Source of the DNA: Candidatus Zixiibacteriota bacterium
Lineage (GTDB): Bacteria > Zixibacteria > MSB-5A5 > WJJR01 > JAJRUJ01
Direction of reading: 5' to 3'
Assembly (NCBI GenBank): GCA_020051695.1
Contig: JAGVQM010000038.1
Coordinates: 46,326 to 110,325, forward strand
DNA: 64,000 nt
The number at the start of each line of letters is the position of its first letter. The first letter of the stretch is position 1. The notes beneath the pieces are model-generated. The model was not told the DNA's origin, searched no databases, and saw only the letters and a program-made list of their open reading frames with translations. The position numbers and the translations under genes were made by a program. Positions 47,067 to 60,700 of the stretch are shown piece after piece.

Positions 47067-48569
47067 ATGAAAATCGCGACCGGGGGGAAACGGGTGTCTC
47101 GGTGGACGACGATGATGTGGGTCATCGGGCTGTGTCTGCTGGGTCTGGTTTGCGGTTGTTCGGACGACAGCGGTGTTAACCCGGACACGCCCGAAAACCG
47201 CATCGGCCCCGCGGGGGGCACTGTACATTCTTCCACGGGTGAGCTGACCTTGACCATCCCGGCCGGGGCGTTGCAGGACGATCTTGATTTCACGGTCGAA
47301 CCGGACAGCACGCCGGATGCGGCGGCCGGGACGTACAAAATCGTGTCGCCGGTGTATTCTTTGGGACCGGCGGGGACGGCGTTCGGTGTCGCGGCGACAA
47401 TTTCGCTTGCCTACGATGAGACGGCCCTAGGGCCGGCGGCGGAGAATTCGGTGGTTCTGTGCGCCAGCGCCTCGAGCGGCCTTGGATGGGAAGTGCTGGG
47501 GACAACAGTCGACAGCGCCATGAATCGGGCGGCCGCCCCGATAACCCATTTGTCGGATTTTGCAGTAATGGTCGATACGGTGTTGCCCACGACCGTGGAA
47601 ACGGGCGGGTATATTTATTCCGATACAACCTGGGGAGCCAAAGATACGGTCCTGGTGACCGCCTCGGTCTATGTGACCGGTGAGGCCTCGCTCACTATCG
47701 AACCCGGGGCCAGGATCTTGTTCAACCTGGGTACCGGACTGAACGTTTACGGAAATCTGACTGCCGCGGGCACGGAGGGCCGGCCCATCCTGTTTACTTC
47801 GGCGGCCGATATTGCGGGCGGCGCGCCGGCGGCCGGCGACTGGGACGGTATTCGATTCAACCGCGCCGGCGGCGGCACGCTGAGCAGGAGTGTCATTCGT
47901 TACGGTATAAATGGTGTATATATCAGCGAGTCCTCTCCGCAAATCACGCATTGTCTTATTGAAGAGTTCAAACAGAAGGGAATATACATCGACGGGCCCG
48001 GCGGTATCGTGCCGCTGGAACTCAGTGTGACCGAATGTCTGATCCGCCAGCGGAGCGCAGACTATGCCGATGTGCGCGTGGGTGTGTTTGTTTATGAGGC
48101 AGTAGATATAACCATCGCAGATTGCGCAATCAGCAATTGCCATTACGGAATACAATTTCAGGGTCAGGTCGCAATTATCCCTCATTTTCAGGTGACCGGT
48201 TGTGATATTCGCGAGCACCGCTGGTACGGCATCTACGCGCTGGCCGGCGGGTGAAGCGGAGGCAAGACACCGACGGGTTCGGTGCAGGGCTGCAATATCG
48301 TGGGCAACGGCTTACTGGCATTTCGCACTTCGGCCTGCCATGACAGCGGAAGTCTCATCCACGCGGAAAACAACTGGTGGGGTGTGGCCGATTCGGCGGG
48401 GATCGAGGCGGTCGTCTACCACCATGGAGACAACCCAAACTATCCCACGGTGGTGTTTGTGCCGTTTGCGACCGGCGCTTTTGATCTGGACCCTCCTACA
48501 GGTTTTGGCGTGAGTGCAGGTAACTGCGAGGGTTACACCGAGATGCCTTCCGCCGTAGCTGATCATTGA
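47067..48569 (+). pseudogene. right-handed parallel beta-helix repeat lipoprotein interrupted by an in-frame TGA at 48252-48254
   Basis: Lipobox LLGLVCGC. Beta-helix motifs (…NNWWG…). ORFs 47061-48254 and 48282-48569 are in the same frame, separated only by TGA (…YALAGG*SGGKTPTG…). Confidence 0.55.
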
Positions 48570-48740
48570 AGGCCAATCCCCAGAGTTGGTTGGTACATAA
48601 TTGAGGGGCCGGCCTGGCAGGTCGGCCCTTTTTCGCGCTCCATAGGTTGCTTCAATCCGGCAGTTGCCCCGCAGCCGGCAAATGAGTATCTTCCCCCCGC
48701 CGACGTATGTGAGCATAAACCCGGTCAGGGAGGAGAACCG

Positions 48741-50102
48741 ATGCCCGCCGTCACCGATTATATCACCAAGAATCGCCAGCGGTACGTTGATGAATTGTTC
48801 GAACTGTTGCGTATGCCGACTGTATCCGCCGATTCAACGAAAAAACAGGAGTTGATCCGGTGTGCCGAGCATCTGGTGCGCCATTTCGCAGCCATTGGTC
48901 TGACGGCGAAATTGGTGAAGACGCCCGGCCATCCGATTGTGTATGCCGAATGGCTCGGCCGCCCGGGCGCGCCCACCGTATTGTATTACGGGCATTATGA
49001 TGTTCAGCCGGCCGATCCGCTCGAATTATGGAAAACCCCGCCTTTCGAGCCGACGATCAAGGGCGGCAACGTGTATGCGCGCGGCTCATCCGACGACAAA
49101 GGGCAATTTTTTCTGCATGTCAAGGCGGCGGAGGCCCATTTTAAGGCGGGTGACGGACCGCCGGTCAACATAAAATTTATTATTGAGGGCGAAGAGGAAG
49201 CCGCCGCCGACAATTTGGAGAAATATATCGCCGACAACACCAAACTGCTGGCGTGCGACCATATCATCGTTTCCGATACCGCACAATTCGATCAAGGGTG
49301 TCCCTCGATTTGTTATGGTTTGCGGGGCATCGTCTATATGGAAATCATCGTGACCGGGCCGAACCGCGATCTGCATTCGGGAGAATTCGGCGGGACGGTC
49401 GCCAACCCGGCTAATGTGTTGGGCCGCATGATCTCCCGGTTGCACGACGACAACGGACGCGTTCAAATCGACGGTTTTTATAACGATGTTGTCGAACTCT
49501 CCACGGCTGAAAAGGCGGAATTTGCCCGGCTACCGTTCGATCCGGAAAAATACCGGAAGTCACTTGATTTGCCGCAACTCTTTGGTGAAAAAGGATATAC
49601 AGACCTCGAACGGGTCTGGGCGCGTCCAACATGTGATGTAAATGGGATTTATGGTGGATATATGGGTGAAGGGGGCAAAACCATCATCCCAGCCAAAGCC
49701 GGCGCAAAGATCAGCATGCGCCTGGTCCCCGACCAGGATCCGGAGACCATCGAGCGGCAATTCATTGCTTACATTAAGAAGATTACCCCGCCGTCCGTCC
49801 GGGTGGAGATCATCACTCACGGCAAAGCCCGGCCAGTGGTGGTGCCCACGGATTCACCGGCGCTGACCAAAGCGCGTGAAGCGTTGCGCAAAGCATATGG
49901 TACCGAGGCCGTGTTGATGCGCGGCGGCGGGTCCATCCCGGTGGTCGAGACATTCAAGCGGGAGCTTGGCGTGCCTGCCGTACTGCTGGGTTTCGGGCTG
50001 CCGGATGATGCGCTGCACTCGCCGAATGAAAAAATGTCGCTGGAGCAGTTTCATCGCGGCATCCTGACCTCGGCGTACCTGATGGAGTTGCTGGCCGAAT
50101 GA
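48741..50102 (+). CDS. M20 family dipeptidase (ArgE/DapE/PepV-like)
   Basis: HYDVQP, SSDDKGQ and GEEE metal-binding motifs. ATG after GGGAGGAG. Confidence 0.85.
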   Translation: MPAVTDYITKNRQRYVDELFELLRMPTVSADSTKKQELIRCAEHLVRHFAAIGLTAKLVKTPGHPIVYAEWLGRPGAPTVLYYGHYDVQPADPLELWKTPPFEPTIKGGNVYARGSSDDKGQFFLHVKAAEAHFKAGDGPPVNIKFIIEGEEEAAADNLEKYIADNTKLLACDHIIVSDTAQFDQGCPSICYGLRGIVYMEIIVTGPNRDLHSGEFGGTVANPANVLGRMISRLHDDNGRVQIDGFYNDVVELSTAEKAEFARLPFDPEKYRKSLDLPQLFGEKGYTDLERVWARPTCDVNGIYGGYMGEGGKTIIPAKAGAKISMRLVPDQDPETIERQFIAYIKKITPPSVRVEIITHGKARPVVVPTDSPALTKAREALRKAYGTEAVLMRGGGSIPVVETFKRELGVPAVLLGFGLPDDALHSPNEKMSLEQFHRGILTSAYLMELLAE

Positions 50103-50115
50103 CGGAGTTGCGCGG

Positions 50116-50763
50116 ATGATCATAGAGAAAATTGTCGTCGGCACCCTGATGGAGAATACCTATATCGTCGCCGACGAGCACAGCAAAGATGCCGTTATTA
50201 TCGACCCCGGCGACGAACCCGAGCGGATCCTCGAGCGCGTGGCAAAGCTCAAGCTGCATGTCGGCAAGCTGGTCTGCACGCATGGGCATGTCGATCATGT
50301 GGGGGCTGTCGAAGTATTGAAGGCCGAGCTGGGCGCGCACTTTTTTATGCACCGCGCCGATGAAATGTACCTGCCGCACACCGCCGACCAGGGCCGGCTC
50401 TACGGCATGCCGGATCTGGAAAACCCCAAAGTGGACAGCTACATCAAGGACGGTGACCGGCTGCCTTTTGGCGCGTATGCGCTGGACGTTATCGGCACGC
50501 CGGGGCACAGCCCGGGGGGCGTGATTTTGGTGTGCGGGGAGGATGCCTTTGTCGGCGACCTGATTTTTGCCGGCTCGATCGGCCGGACCGACCTGCCCGG
50601 GGGCGATTATGCGGCCATGATGGTCTCTTTGGAAACCGTCATTCGGCGGCTGCCGCAGGAGACCCGGTTGCATCCGGGGCACGGCGAGTCGACGATTGTG
50701 GCGGTCGAACGCAGGTACAATCCTTTCCTGCAAGGGCTTAGAGTTGAGGATCGTGACTTTTGA
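50116..50763 (+). CDS. MBL-fold metallo-hydrolase (glyoxalase II-like)
   Basis: THGHVDHVG (HxHxDH), second His cluster GTPGHSPGG, terminal HPGHG. Confidence 0.85.
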   Translation: MIIEKIVVGTLMENTYIVADEHSKDAVIIDPGDEPERILERVAKLKLHVGKLVCTHGHVDHVGAVEVLKAELGAHFFMHRADEMYLPHTADQGRLYGMPDLENPKVDSYIKDGDRLPFGAYALDVIGTPGHSPGGVILVCGEDAFVGDLIFAGSIGRTDLPGGDYAAMMVSLETVIRRLPQETRLHPGHGESTIVAVERRYNPFLQGLRVEDRDF

Positions 50764-51779
50764 ATAATCATTATGGTGCCCATGACACGAGCGCATGGGG
50801 GTGTTTTTCGGCCCTTGGGGAGAAAATTAAAAAAGTGTCGCCTGATGTAAAAAAACCCTTGCTCTCTCTCCGGCCCCCGGTAATATTGGCAGACCTGGTG
50901 CTTGGAGGCACAATCGGGAGGGTTAAAAAAGTATACGGCGGGTTAAATCCGCCGGCGTTGAATCCGATAACAGGATAGACCCATATGCCGTGGGGAATTA
51001 TGCATTTGGGGTGAGGGAAAATATTTAAGTACGTACGGAAAAACATCTTGACAAGCCGTAGGCAGGCGATTAGAGTTCACTCAATTTGCCGGGCCCTATC
51101 GGCGGAAGTCGTGGCTGTAGCAGGTTCGGGAGGGTCAAATACGCAGACAGGCGGTTAAGTTGTCCGACTGTTTGCCGAGGCATATGTCAGAAAGGAATTA
51201 ACGGTTTTCGGCGGTGCGGGCTGAAAACTGTTGCAATTTCCCGGGGAGCGGGAAAGCCGAAACGAGGCGGTCAAAGAGCTCAGGGGCATTTGGCCGGTTG
51301 AGTTTTCGGCATAATTCAGAACTTGGCATTTACACAATGTGGTCAACCACGGAGGGTTGCCCAGGCCGGCACCGGCAAATGGATGGAATCAGAGAACATT
51401 GCGGTGCCCACCGGATTTAATCCTAATCGCCTTTCACGGTCCTGTGCGGGGGCCGCAATTGCGAGAGTAAACGGATTTGCTCGGGATGGTTCCGGATACG
51501 GTATTGTTTTTTGCGACATCTATTCAGTTACAAGCAGGGGGGTAGGCATGACCGATTTTGCCCGTTTTCTTCCATTTTTTGGGAAATTTATATAAAAAAT
51601 GAAGAGGTATATTAATGTATTGTAGGTCGAAAGGAGGGTCTTGCGACAACACACCGCGGAACATGCGGTCTGTTATGAACTCTGGAAACAAGCCCGGACA
51701 ATCGCAGCTGTTTATTACGCCCGGACAATCGTATCAAGACTTTAAGAAAAAACATCCCTTCAACAAAGGGGGAAAGTTG

Positions 51780-54700
51780 ATGAAACCATTCTCTTTGAGA
51801 GGGTTGGCAGTTTTAACTGCCTTGCTTCTGGTCCCGCTGTTTGCGGCATCGGTTTCCGCGCAGCAGACCACCTGGTATTTTACCGGGACAGGCATTGAAG
51901 TCAGCAAGGTCGAAGACGGTTCTTGCCGCGTGATCAATGCCCAACCCGGCACAACGTTATCCGACTCCATGGTCGTTATGCTTCTCCGGTTTGCCAATAC
52001 CTGGAACCCGGCGCAGAGTGACGTCCTGGATACGGTCCGTGTTTTCAGTACCTGTTCGGATTCCGGCATTGTCCAAGCCGTTTATCTGTACCGGGAAACG
52101 GGCGTCGGCACTCCGGGGTTCGGTGATTTTTCACCGGGCACGGACGCGCTGTTGGGTACCGTTAATTCGTTCGCTAATGGATTCGATAACGGCGATAGTG
52201 CAGTATTCAATCTGAACTATACCATCGCCGCCGGCGACTCCATGTTCATGTATGTCGTTTTGAACCTTAGTGACGGCGTCGTGGGCGATCTGGATTATCT
52301 GGGTTCCGATATCGGCGTTAAAATTTACGGCGATCCCCCGGGAACCAATACCGGTCCCGGAATTATTTTTGTAGATGCCCGTTATGGCCCGACGGACGTG
52401 GACGGACCGGGCGGCGTTTACGAAATTATCGCGAACGACCCTGACAACCAGGGTTATCTGGAAACCCGCACGATGCCCTACTATTTTGAGACGGGCACTG
52501 TCGGTTCCGATATGCGCATGGGTGAGGTTAACATCACCTACAGTGGTTCGGTGGCCCCGATGAAAGTGGTCAGCGGGACCAGCGACAACGAAGTCGTGAT
52601 GGGCATCATCATCGACAATTCGCGCAGCACCGTCGCTGATGATTTGACCGGTGTGAGAATTCGCAGCCGCATGACGCAGGAAAGCTCGATTTCCCGTCTT
52701 GCGGTCTACAAGGAAAGCACCTGTGTCGTCCCGACGGGTCCAACCTCGTTCGGCACGGGCGACATCCTTTGGGCGCAGAATTCCTCTCCGGGAACCTTCG
52801 ACTGGGGAACTGACCCGGCATCCGGCGAATATCTCAATTTGCCGATTCAAGCCGGCATGGGGAATATCGCGGCCGGTGAAATCGTTTATCTGTATGTTGT
52901 TGTTGATCTTAACGAGATGGTGATCAACGCGGACGAAACCAGCCGCAACACCTACAACTGGCATAAAGTCGGCGTTGCGCTGAATGATCAGGCGGGGACA
53001 ACAGTCGATCCCGAGGCGTTGACTTTTGATAACGCCGGTATCGGTCCTCGTGTGACAGCTGATGGCACCCGGATTGTGGTGTACAACAATCTGGCGTACT
53101 GGAGCGGCACGCATACCATCGTGGGCAATTCCCCCATCTTGATCGATCAGGATCAGGCCTGGGACGCCGATTCTTTGATTGGGCTGTATGTTTTCAACCT
53201 GACCGACGGCAGCTCCGGTTTGATTACCGATAACGACGATTCGACCGTAACCGCAGCGTTGACCGGCGGCGCCCAGAACGACTGGGATATCGGCGATCAA
53301 TACTATATCGGTACGCTTCCCGGCCAGCCGCTGTTGATCGACTCGAAGCCGCCGGTGATCCAGTGCCTGAACGACCCGTTCGATACGACCTGGCCGAACT
53401 GGGAACACTCGGATGACGGCGGTGATACCCCCGGCTACGGTATCGGGACAATCGACAACCTGGATAATATTCTTGTCAGGTTTGATATCGATGACGACGG
53501 TCCGGGTGCGTTGGTCACGGTCGGCAACACTCGGCCGCGCGTTGATTTGCGCGTGTTCGGCCAGACTGTCGGGACGCATGTCCTGATGGACAACGATTCG
53601 CTGGATATCTGGGAAGCGGACATGACGCCGATCCCGGATGCGGATGAATTGACTGCGTATCGCACCGACACGCTTTCCGGCAACAAGTTGCTGCAGGTCC
53701 TGGCTCAGGACGATGCCGGCAACCTGGCTACATTCTATTGCCCGGTCATGCGTGACATCGATACCCGGCGGCCGAGCTTTACGGGTGTGCCGATCACCTT
53801 CGATTTCGCCCCCGGCGGCGACGTGAACGGTGACGGTGTGGCCGCGATTGGCGACATACTCCGCATGACCGCCAATATGGGCGCCAACTGGAGAAACTGG
53901 AACCGTGAAGACGGCCAGGGTGTTGAAATTCGGAGTCTGGTCGCTTATTTCCATGGGGATTGGGGCTTCACGCAGCAAGTGCTGACCGATCCGTCGGGTG
54001 ACAACCAGAATTTCTCCGTTGATTTCACCCTCGCCCCCGGTGGTTGGGACAGTGTGTTGACGACGGTAGCGGCGACGATGTGTTCGCTGGTCGCTATCGA
54101 TAACGCCGACAACGTGGCGTTCAGCACCGAGGGTACGCTTACCGCGACCCCGTTTGCCGGTGCGGTAATCGATAACATGCCGCCGACACCGGTTTCCGCG
54201 CTGTGGACTCTGTGGAAAGACATCCCCACCAATAACGTCGTTAATATCGGCGATACGGTGCGGTTCAGAGTCGACATGAACGGGATCACCGATGTGGCCT
54301 CGGTCCACACCGACCTGTTTATTGCCGGTCTAGGTGGAAACCACTATGTCCAGCTGGCCGACAGCGGCAACAATATCTGGGTCTTGAAACACAAAGTTCT
54401 GGATCCGCTGTTGAACAATTCCGGCGATTTTGCCAGGGATGAAGCGCCGCATACCGATGTGTGCCCGACCGTGCCGTATATCCATGGCTCGGCGGACAGC
54501 GTCATCATCGTATCTACCGACTTTTTCGGCAACGTCGATACGACCTGGTTGTATGCGCCGACCTTCCCGCATCTGGATTGGGCGCCGGCGGAAACAGTGA
54601 CTATCGACACCAAAATCCCGCCGCCGGTCGGCAGTCTGACGGCCACGCCGGGTCCGGAGGGTTCGGTGCGGTTGGATTGGACCAATGCTACCGACGGCGC

Positions 54701-57700
54701 TGCCGTGGGTAACCTGAAGGACGGTCCGTGGACCTTCGAAATCTGGTGGGATGCGGGTGCAGGTGCCGATCCGAATCTGAAATTGGCCGAGGTTTATGAA
54801 GCAACGGCCTCGGCTCCTTGCGCCAACATTACCTCCTGGCGTTCGGATACGACGGTATCGATGCAGGCGAATTTCACCTGCGGCGAGACCTATCGCTTCA
54901 AGATCAAAGTCCTGGATAACGCCAACAACCCGTCGGCTTGGTCGACGACTGTTGCCGTTACCACCGACTGCGCTGCGCCGACCGTTTGCGTGTTCCAGCC
55001 CGAGGAAGAGGGCGGCATCTACAGTTGCAATATGTGCACCTGGGATGGTTCGGACAGCACACAGGGGTTGACTATTTACGTCCAGCCGTTCGATCCCGAG
55101 AGCCAGGACGTTCAAGCCATCGGCACGGTCTTGGTCCGCGTGAAAATGCGCGGTGGTGTTCCGGGCCCGTGGACGTCGGTTGGCTTTACCGATGTCGGCG
55201 CGGGTGCGCCGTTCACCTACGCGTTGTTGCTTGATTGTGAAGACCTCGACGCGATCGTCGGTACTGAACTGACCGATGTCCTGGAATTGATTATCCTGGG
55301 CGCCGATGAGGCCGGTAACGTCACGACGATTGCCGAAGCGCTGGCCAACTGCGGCCCGTGGGAGTTCTCGTGGTCGACCTCGTCGATCGAAGGCGAAGTC
55401 GTCACGATCAACGGCGACCTGCCGGAATACCAGGCCTACTGCGATCTGCATGGCTGGGAAATCACCGGCGATGCCAACACCGTGTCGATCACTCTCACCG
55501 GCGGCGTGATGCCCTACAAGGCCCGCGCTTATGCCGATGACGATGAGAACACCGGCAGCAATGACCTGATCTGGTACGCCGAGGGGCTGACCAGCGCCAC
55601 CACCACCTTCAACCTTGATGCAACCGGTTGGGATAAAGGTGAGGGGACGCTGGATGTCGAGTGGTGCGATGCGACCGGCGCGTTCACTTCCGCGACCGTG
55701 AAGCTGTGCGTGCTCGATGAGATCGCCCCGTGCGCTCAGGTGATCAACCCGATGGACGGCAAGTGCATCCGTCGTGCGCACTCGGTACTCGATCCGGTCC
55801 CGGTGACCGTCGAGATCGATCCGCTGGCCAACTGCCTCGATCCTAACGGCGTGGTCAAGGTCGACTACGAATGGGCGACCGAATGTTGTATCGGTACCTA
55901 TTCGGAGATTGTGAGAGTTCGCGACAGTATCCCAGTCCCATGCGGTCTCCAGGATTCTGCCGAGTGCGACACGTTCTATACGGGCGGCGTCATGGACTCG
56001 ATCAACTGCATCAATCCTAGTGAGATTTGCTGGCATATCTTCTGGTATACAGACACGCTCGAAATCGACTGCGACACAGCCGATTGGAATAACTTCGCCA
56101 TCATGCCGGGCGACTCGATCCATAGCGATCTGGTCACCGCTTGGTGGTTCAATAAAGATGATCTGGCCTGGGTCACCGAATCCGGTACTCTGATCTATAT
56201 CCGGGCGCGGGTGTATGACGACCAGGGCAACATCTTTGTCACCGAATGCGTGCAGGTCTGCGTCGATATCGACACTCCGCCGCTGTGTTTGCGCAGCCCG
56301 GAAGAGTGTATCGCGCTGGACGGCATTCCTCGCCTTTCCGGTACGGGCGTCACGATGGTGGCCGACCTGAACTGGGCCGAAGGCAATGTTGACGACATCG
56401 AAGATGTCTTCCTGTATCGCAAGAAATCAACCGAAGCCGATCGGTGGGAAAACTGGACCTCCCTCGGCGCGGGCGTGCCCGCCACCAACTCCAGCATGTG
56501 GCGGTGGGACACTGTCAACGTTTCCGGTCTGACCGATCAGGTTTACTACGACTTCCGGGTCATTGCCAAGACGATCTGGGGCACCTGGTCGTACGACATG
56601 AACGGTGACGGGCAATTCGATCACAACACCTTCGATACCACCAACTGCGACGCCGTGACCTGGTTCATCGACCACTCGGCCGAGAACATCTGGATCGATA
56701 CGGTCTGGACCACGATCGACGGCAACGAGTTGGTTCAGCCCAATGCCAGCTGCACGCTGAGCGATCCGCGGGGCTGGGCCTGGACGCAGTGGGGTAACGA
56801 CATCACCGTCCAGCCGTTGGTTGAGCCGCTGGGCCTGACCGACGACATCGTCAAGGTCACCTGGACCTTGTACAAAGCCGGTGAGGGCTGCTATTCCTGC
56901 GGTTGCGGCAACGGCTTTGGTGAGCCCGAAACCGGGACCTGTGATTCGAAGGTGGTGCGGATTAACGAAGGCGATAATGCGCTGAATTCGGTTACTTTCA
57001 ATCCCGCCGAGATGGCGTTCTGGATGACCATTGCTGATGGTTTCCAGACGGTCGTCCTCCATGTCCAGGCCGAAGATGCCTGCGGCAACACCAGTGAGGA
57101 CTGCATCGAGCTGTACCTGCTCGATATCGACCCGACCGAGGCGATTATCGTCGATCCGAAGAACCGCGAAGTGTTCTGCCAGGATCATACTAATGGCGGT
57201 GGCGGTATCGAAGTCACCGCGATGACGCTCCTGGACGAAAACTTCGTCAAAGCCGTCTTTGCCTACAGCACCAATGGTACGAACTGGATACCGTTTGATT
57301 CCGTGACGAGTGCCACGACCAACGGCAACCTGTCTGGGATGTGGTACCCGCACGCCCTGGGGCTGACGGACGGCATGTATTACCTGACAGTCTGGGCCGA
57401 GGACAATGCCGGCAACAGGCAGGCGACGGATTACCCGATTATCGTGTATCTGTCCTGCGGTGTGCCGACAGTGACCCTGACCTACCCGACCGCCGACATG
57501 TTCGTTGGCTGCCCGCTGGAGTTGACCGCGACGGCGACTGCGCCGGATGCGTACAACTACATCACCAAGGTGGAGTTCTTCTACCAGGCGGTGGGCAGCG
57601 CGACAGCGACCAAGATCGGCGAAGACCTGTATTCGTTAGACGGCATTTACAGTTACGCCTGGGATCCGGCGCTCAATGGTGATTACTACATCTGGGCCAA

Positions 57701-60700
57701 GGTGACCGTGAAATCCGGCGCGACCGCTGTCTCCGAGATGGTCTGGGTCAAGGGTGACGGCACGGCTCCTGAAGTGTACATGGTTGAAGTCAATGACGAC
57801 CACTCCAACGGCGGCGCGGGCGACCCGACAATCGTCACCGCGGGCGACGTAGTCCCGATCGTCGTCGAGGCGTGGGATCGGCTGCAGGCGACCGGTTACG
57901 GTCCGGAAAACAACTGCGGCCTGGACAGCGTCAAGATTTACGTGAAGCAGGGTTCGACGGTTATCTTCGGTGAGCTGACCACGCCGGTCGCTTCCGTGGA
58001 AAATCAGTTCTCTGCTGACTGGCCGACTACCGGTCTGCTGAACGGGACCTACGAGGTGTATGCAGTTGCCTCCGACGGCTGCTGCAACAACGCGACTTCC
58101 GCGAGCTGGTATGTCTCGATCGTCAACCCTATGCCGCCGGTGACCATCGCCGTGGACGAAGCTGTCCTGGTATGTGGCATGTGGTCCACCAACGAGGATG
58201 AGATCACCCTCGTGGCGGTTCCGGGTGATCTGGCGGACATCGATTCCGTCCAGTTCTGGGCGAACAGCACCGATCAGTCTGATGTGTACGACCAGTACAT
58301 GCTCCTGCCGGGCGCCGTTTCCTTCAACGGGGTCTACTTCCTTGAGGTGGATGTAACCCTGTGGGAAGAAGGCACCTACCGGCTCCGGGCAGTGGTCTGG
58401 ATCGACGGCAAGTGCACGGACGACGGTAACGATTCCGATACCGAGTTCGATGACTTCACCTTCGATCCGAACACCAAAGTCTGGCAGATGCTGTTGAACA
58501 TCGATCGTTCGGCCCCGACGCCAACCTTCACGCTGGATGCGTCAGTGATTGAGGAAGGCACGGAGTTCGAAATCACCGTGGCGAACCCGCCGTGCGGCAG
58601 TTGCGATATCGATCACTACGAATACGGTATCGTGACCATGGCCGGCAAGTACGGTACGCGTGCGGAATATATTACCGACGAGTGCACGTTCTCGTTCGAT
58701 CCGGTCGATTCCGGCGCCGTGACGATGCACAATTGCTACTGGGGTGGTTATATCCGCGTGACCGCGGTCGACCCCCTGGGCAACGAGGCATACTACCAGA
58801 TCCCGGCCGAGATCCTGGGCGTGGCCGACGGTTACGCCAAGATCACCTCGCCGGCGCATGGTGAGTATATCTCCGATACCGTCGCGATTACCGCTTCGGT
58901 CGTCGGTACTGAAGGCGAGCTGACGTACTACTACAGCGCGCTGGGCAGCACCGCTCGGACCGAAATCGATAACCCGTTTGCTACCAACGACCTCCCCGAC
59001 GGTCAGTACCTGTTGTGGGTCGGCAACAATGGTAACATTCACAGTATCGAGTGCGCGGTACCGGTGAGTATCGTCAACGACTGCGCGACCGTTGTTCTGG
59101 AAAATCCGATGCCGTATGGCACTTGCCATGACGGTCACGTGATGTTCATCGGCGGTACGGTCGATCTGCTGGCCGAAGTCACCCTGACTTCGAGCGTCCC
59201 GGTCGACTCGGTCGTATTCAAGTACAAGACGCTGGATGCTCCGGGCGGGCACACCGATACCGAAGATCCGGCAGATGGCTGGGTGACAGTCGGCATTGAC
59301 CGCTATAAAGCCACGTCCTGGGATGTTTCCTGGAACACGGCCGACAGCGGCAGCGTCGTACCCGATGGTTACTATGTGATTATGGCCTTCTCCTACGACC
59401 GTTCCGGTCAGGAGTGCCATTCGAATTCAATCACCGTGGCCGTCGACAACACCAGGCCGTATAGTGAAATCTCTGAAGTCAACGGCGACCAGACCACTTC
59501 GACGTGTGCCGACGTCACCGAAGGCACCAACGTGGAAATCATCGCCGTGGCGGCTGATGACCGTTCACCGCTGGGTCCGGGCGATGCATACAATTCCTGC
59601 CCGCGGTACCTGCAGTTCTTCGCGGGTTATTGCGGCGAGGGTGGCGGCGGCAACGTCGACATCGTCTGGGTTATGGATGCGTCCGGTTCGATGGGCGACG
59701 AACAAGCGGCAATCGGCGGTCAGATCAACCTGTTCATGGATGGTCTGGGCGGCCTGGATTACAATCTGGCCGTGACCGGATTCGAATCCGAAGGGTACTT
59801 CTCGTCGGTGAACGATTCGACGAAGTCCGTACCGATGGCCCTTGACGGTTCGTATGCGGCGGCCCTGATGGGCAACGGCGCCTGGACGACCAACCAAACG
59901 GTCTTCAATACCATGATCACCGGGGTTGGCGTGGGCGGCGGTACGGAAGACGGTGCTGGCTCGCTGATGGAGACGCTCGAACACTACACCTTCCGTTCGG
60001 GCGCCAAGAAGTACTTCATCCTGATCACTGATGAATCCGGCGATGACAACGAGCTGGAAGCGCAGTGTATCGCGTTGATGAACCAGGAAGGCGTCACGGT
60101 CCATGTGGTGTCCGACCCCTCGTTCACCACGTACTCCAACATCGCGGCAGCCACTAATGGCCAGGTGTACGATATCACCGCGGCCAACTGGGGCGCGCTG
60201 TTGGGCGTTCTGGCTTCGCAGATTTCGGGCGGCGGCGCGAACGCGACCCCGTTTGATCCGATCTGGGGCAAGGCAGTCGATCTTGACACCGATGCGCCGT
60301 CGGTTCACTGGAACACCACAGGACTGGCTCCGGGTGAATACTGCTTGTGGACGGTCATCACCGATAACGTCGGCAACCAGTATACCTCGGGACTGACGAC
60401 GGTCTGCGTCTATGACAAGACCCCGCCGGTGGCGTGGATTGCCGGTTTCGGCGATGCAACCCTGGCCTGTCCGACCTGCGAATCGCACCGGATCTACGCG
60501 ATGACCTGCGATACCGACGTCAAGTCGATCAAATTTGAAATTCGGCCTGACGGTTCGACCAGCGAATATGACTGGACGACCATCGGTATCAGCAACATGA
60601 TCGATTCCTCGCTGTGGTATACCGATTGGAATCCGTGTGGTATGGACGGTGCCTACGACTTGCGTGCGGTGCCGGCTTCCGACCACTACGCCACCGGTAC

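Noticed and set aside
50764-51779. RNase P RNA or tmRNA in the 1-kb leader
   Set aside because: No P4 (AGGAAAGUCCGG…) or tmRNA tag-reading-frame or terminal tRNA-like motifs are visible. It is kept as an unclassified structured leader instead.
52131-56123. 725-aa and 597-aa antisense ORFs inside the giant gene
   Set aside because: Same reasoning. They have no domain content and mirror the sense-strand codon bias.
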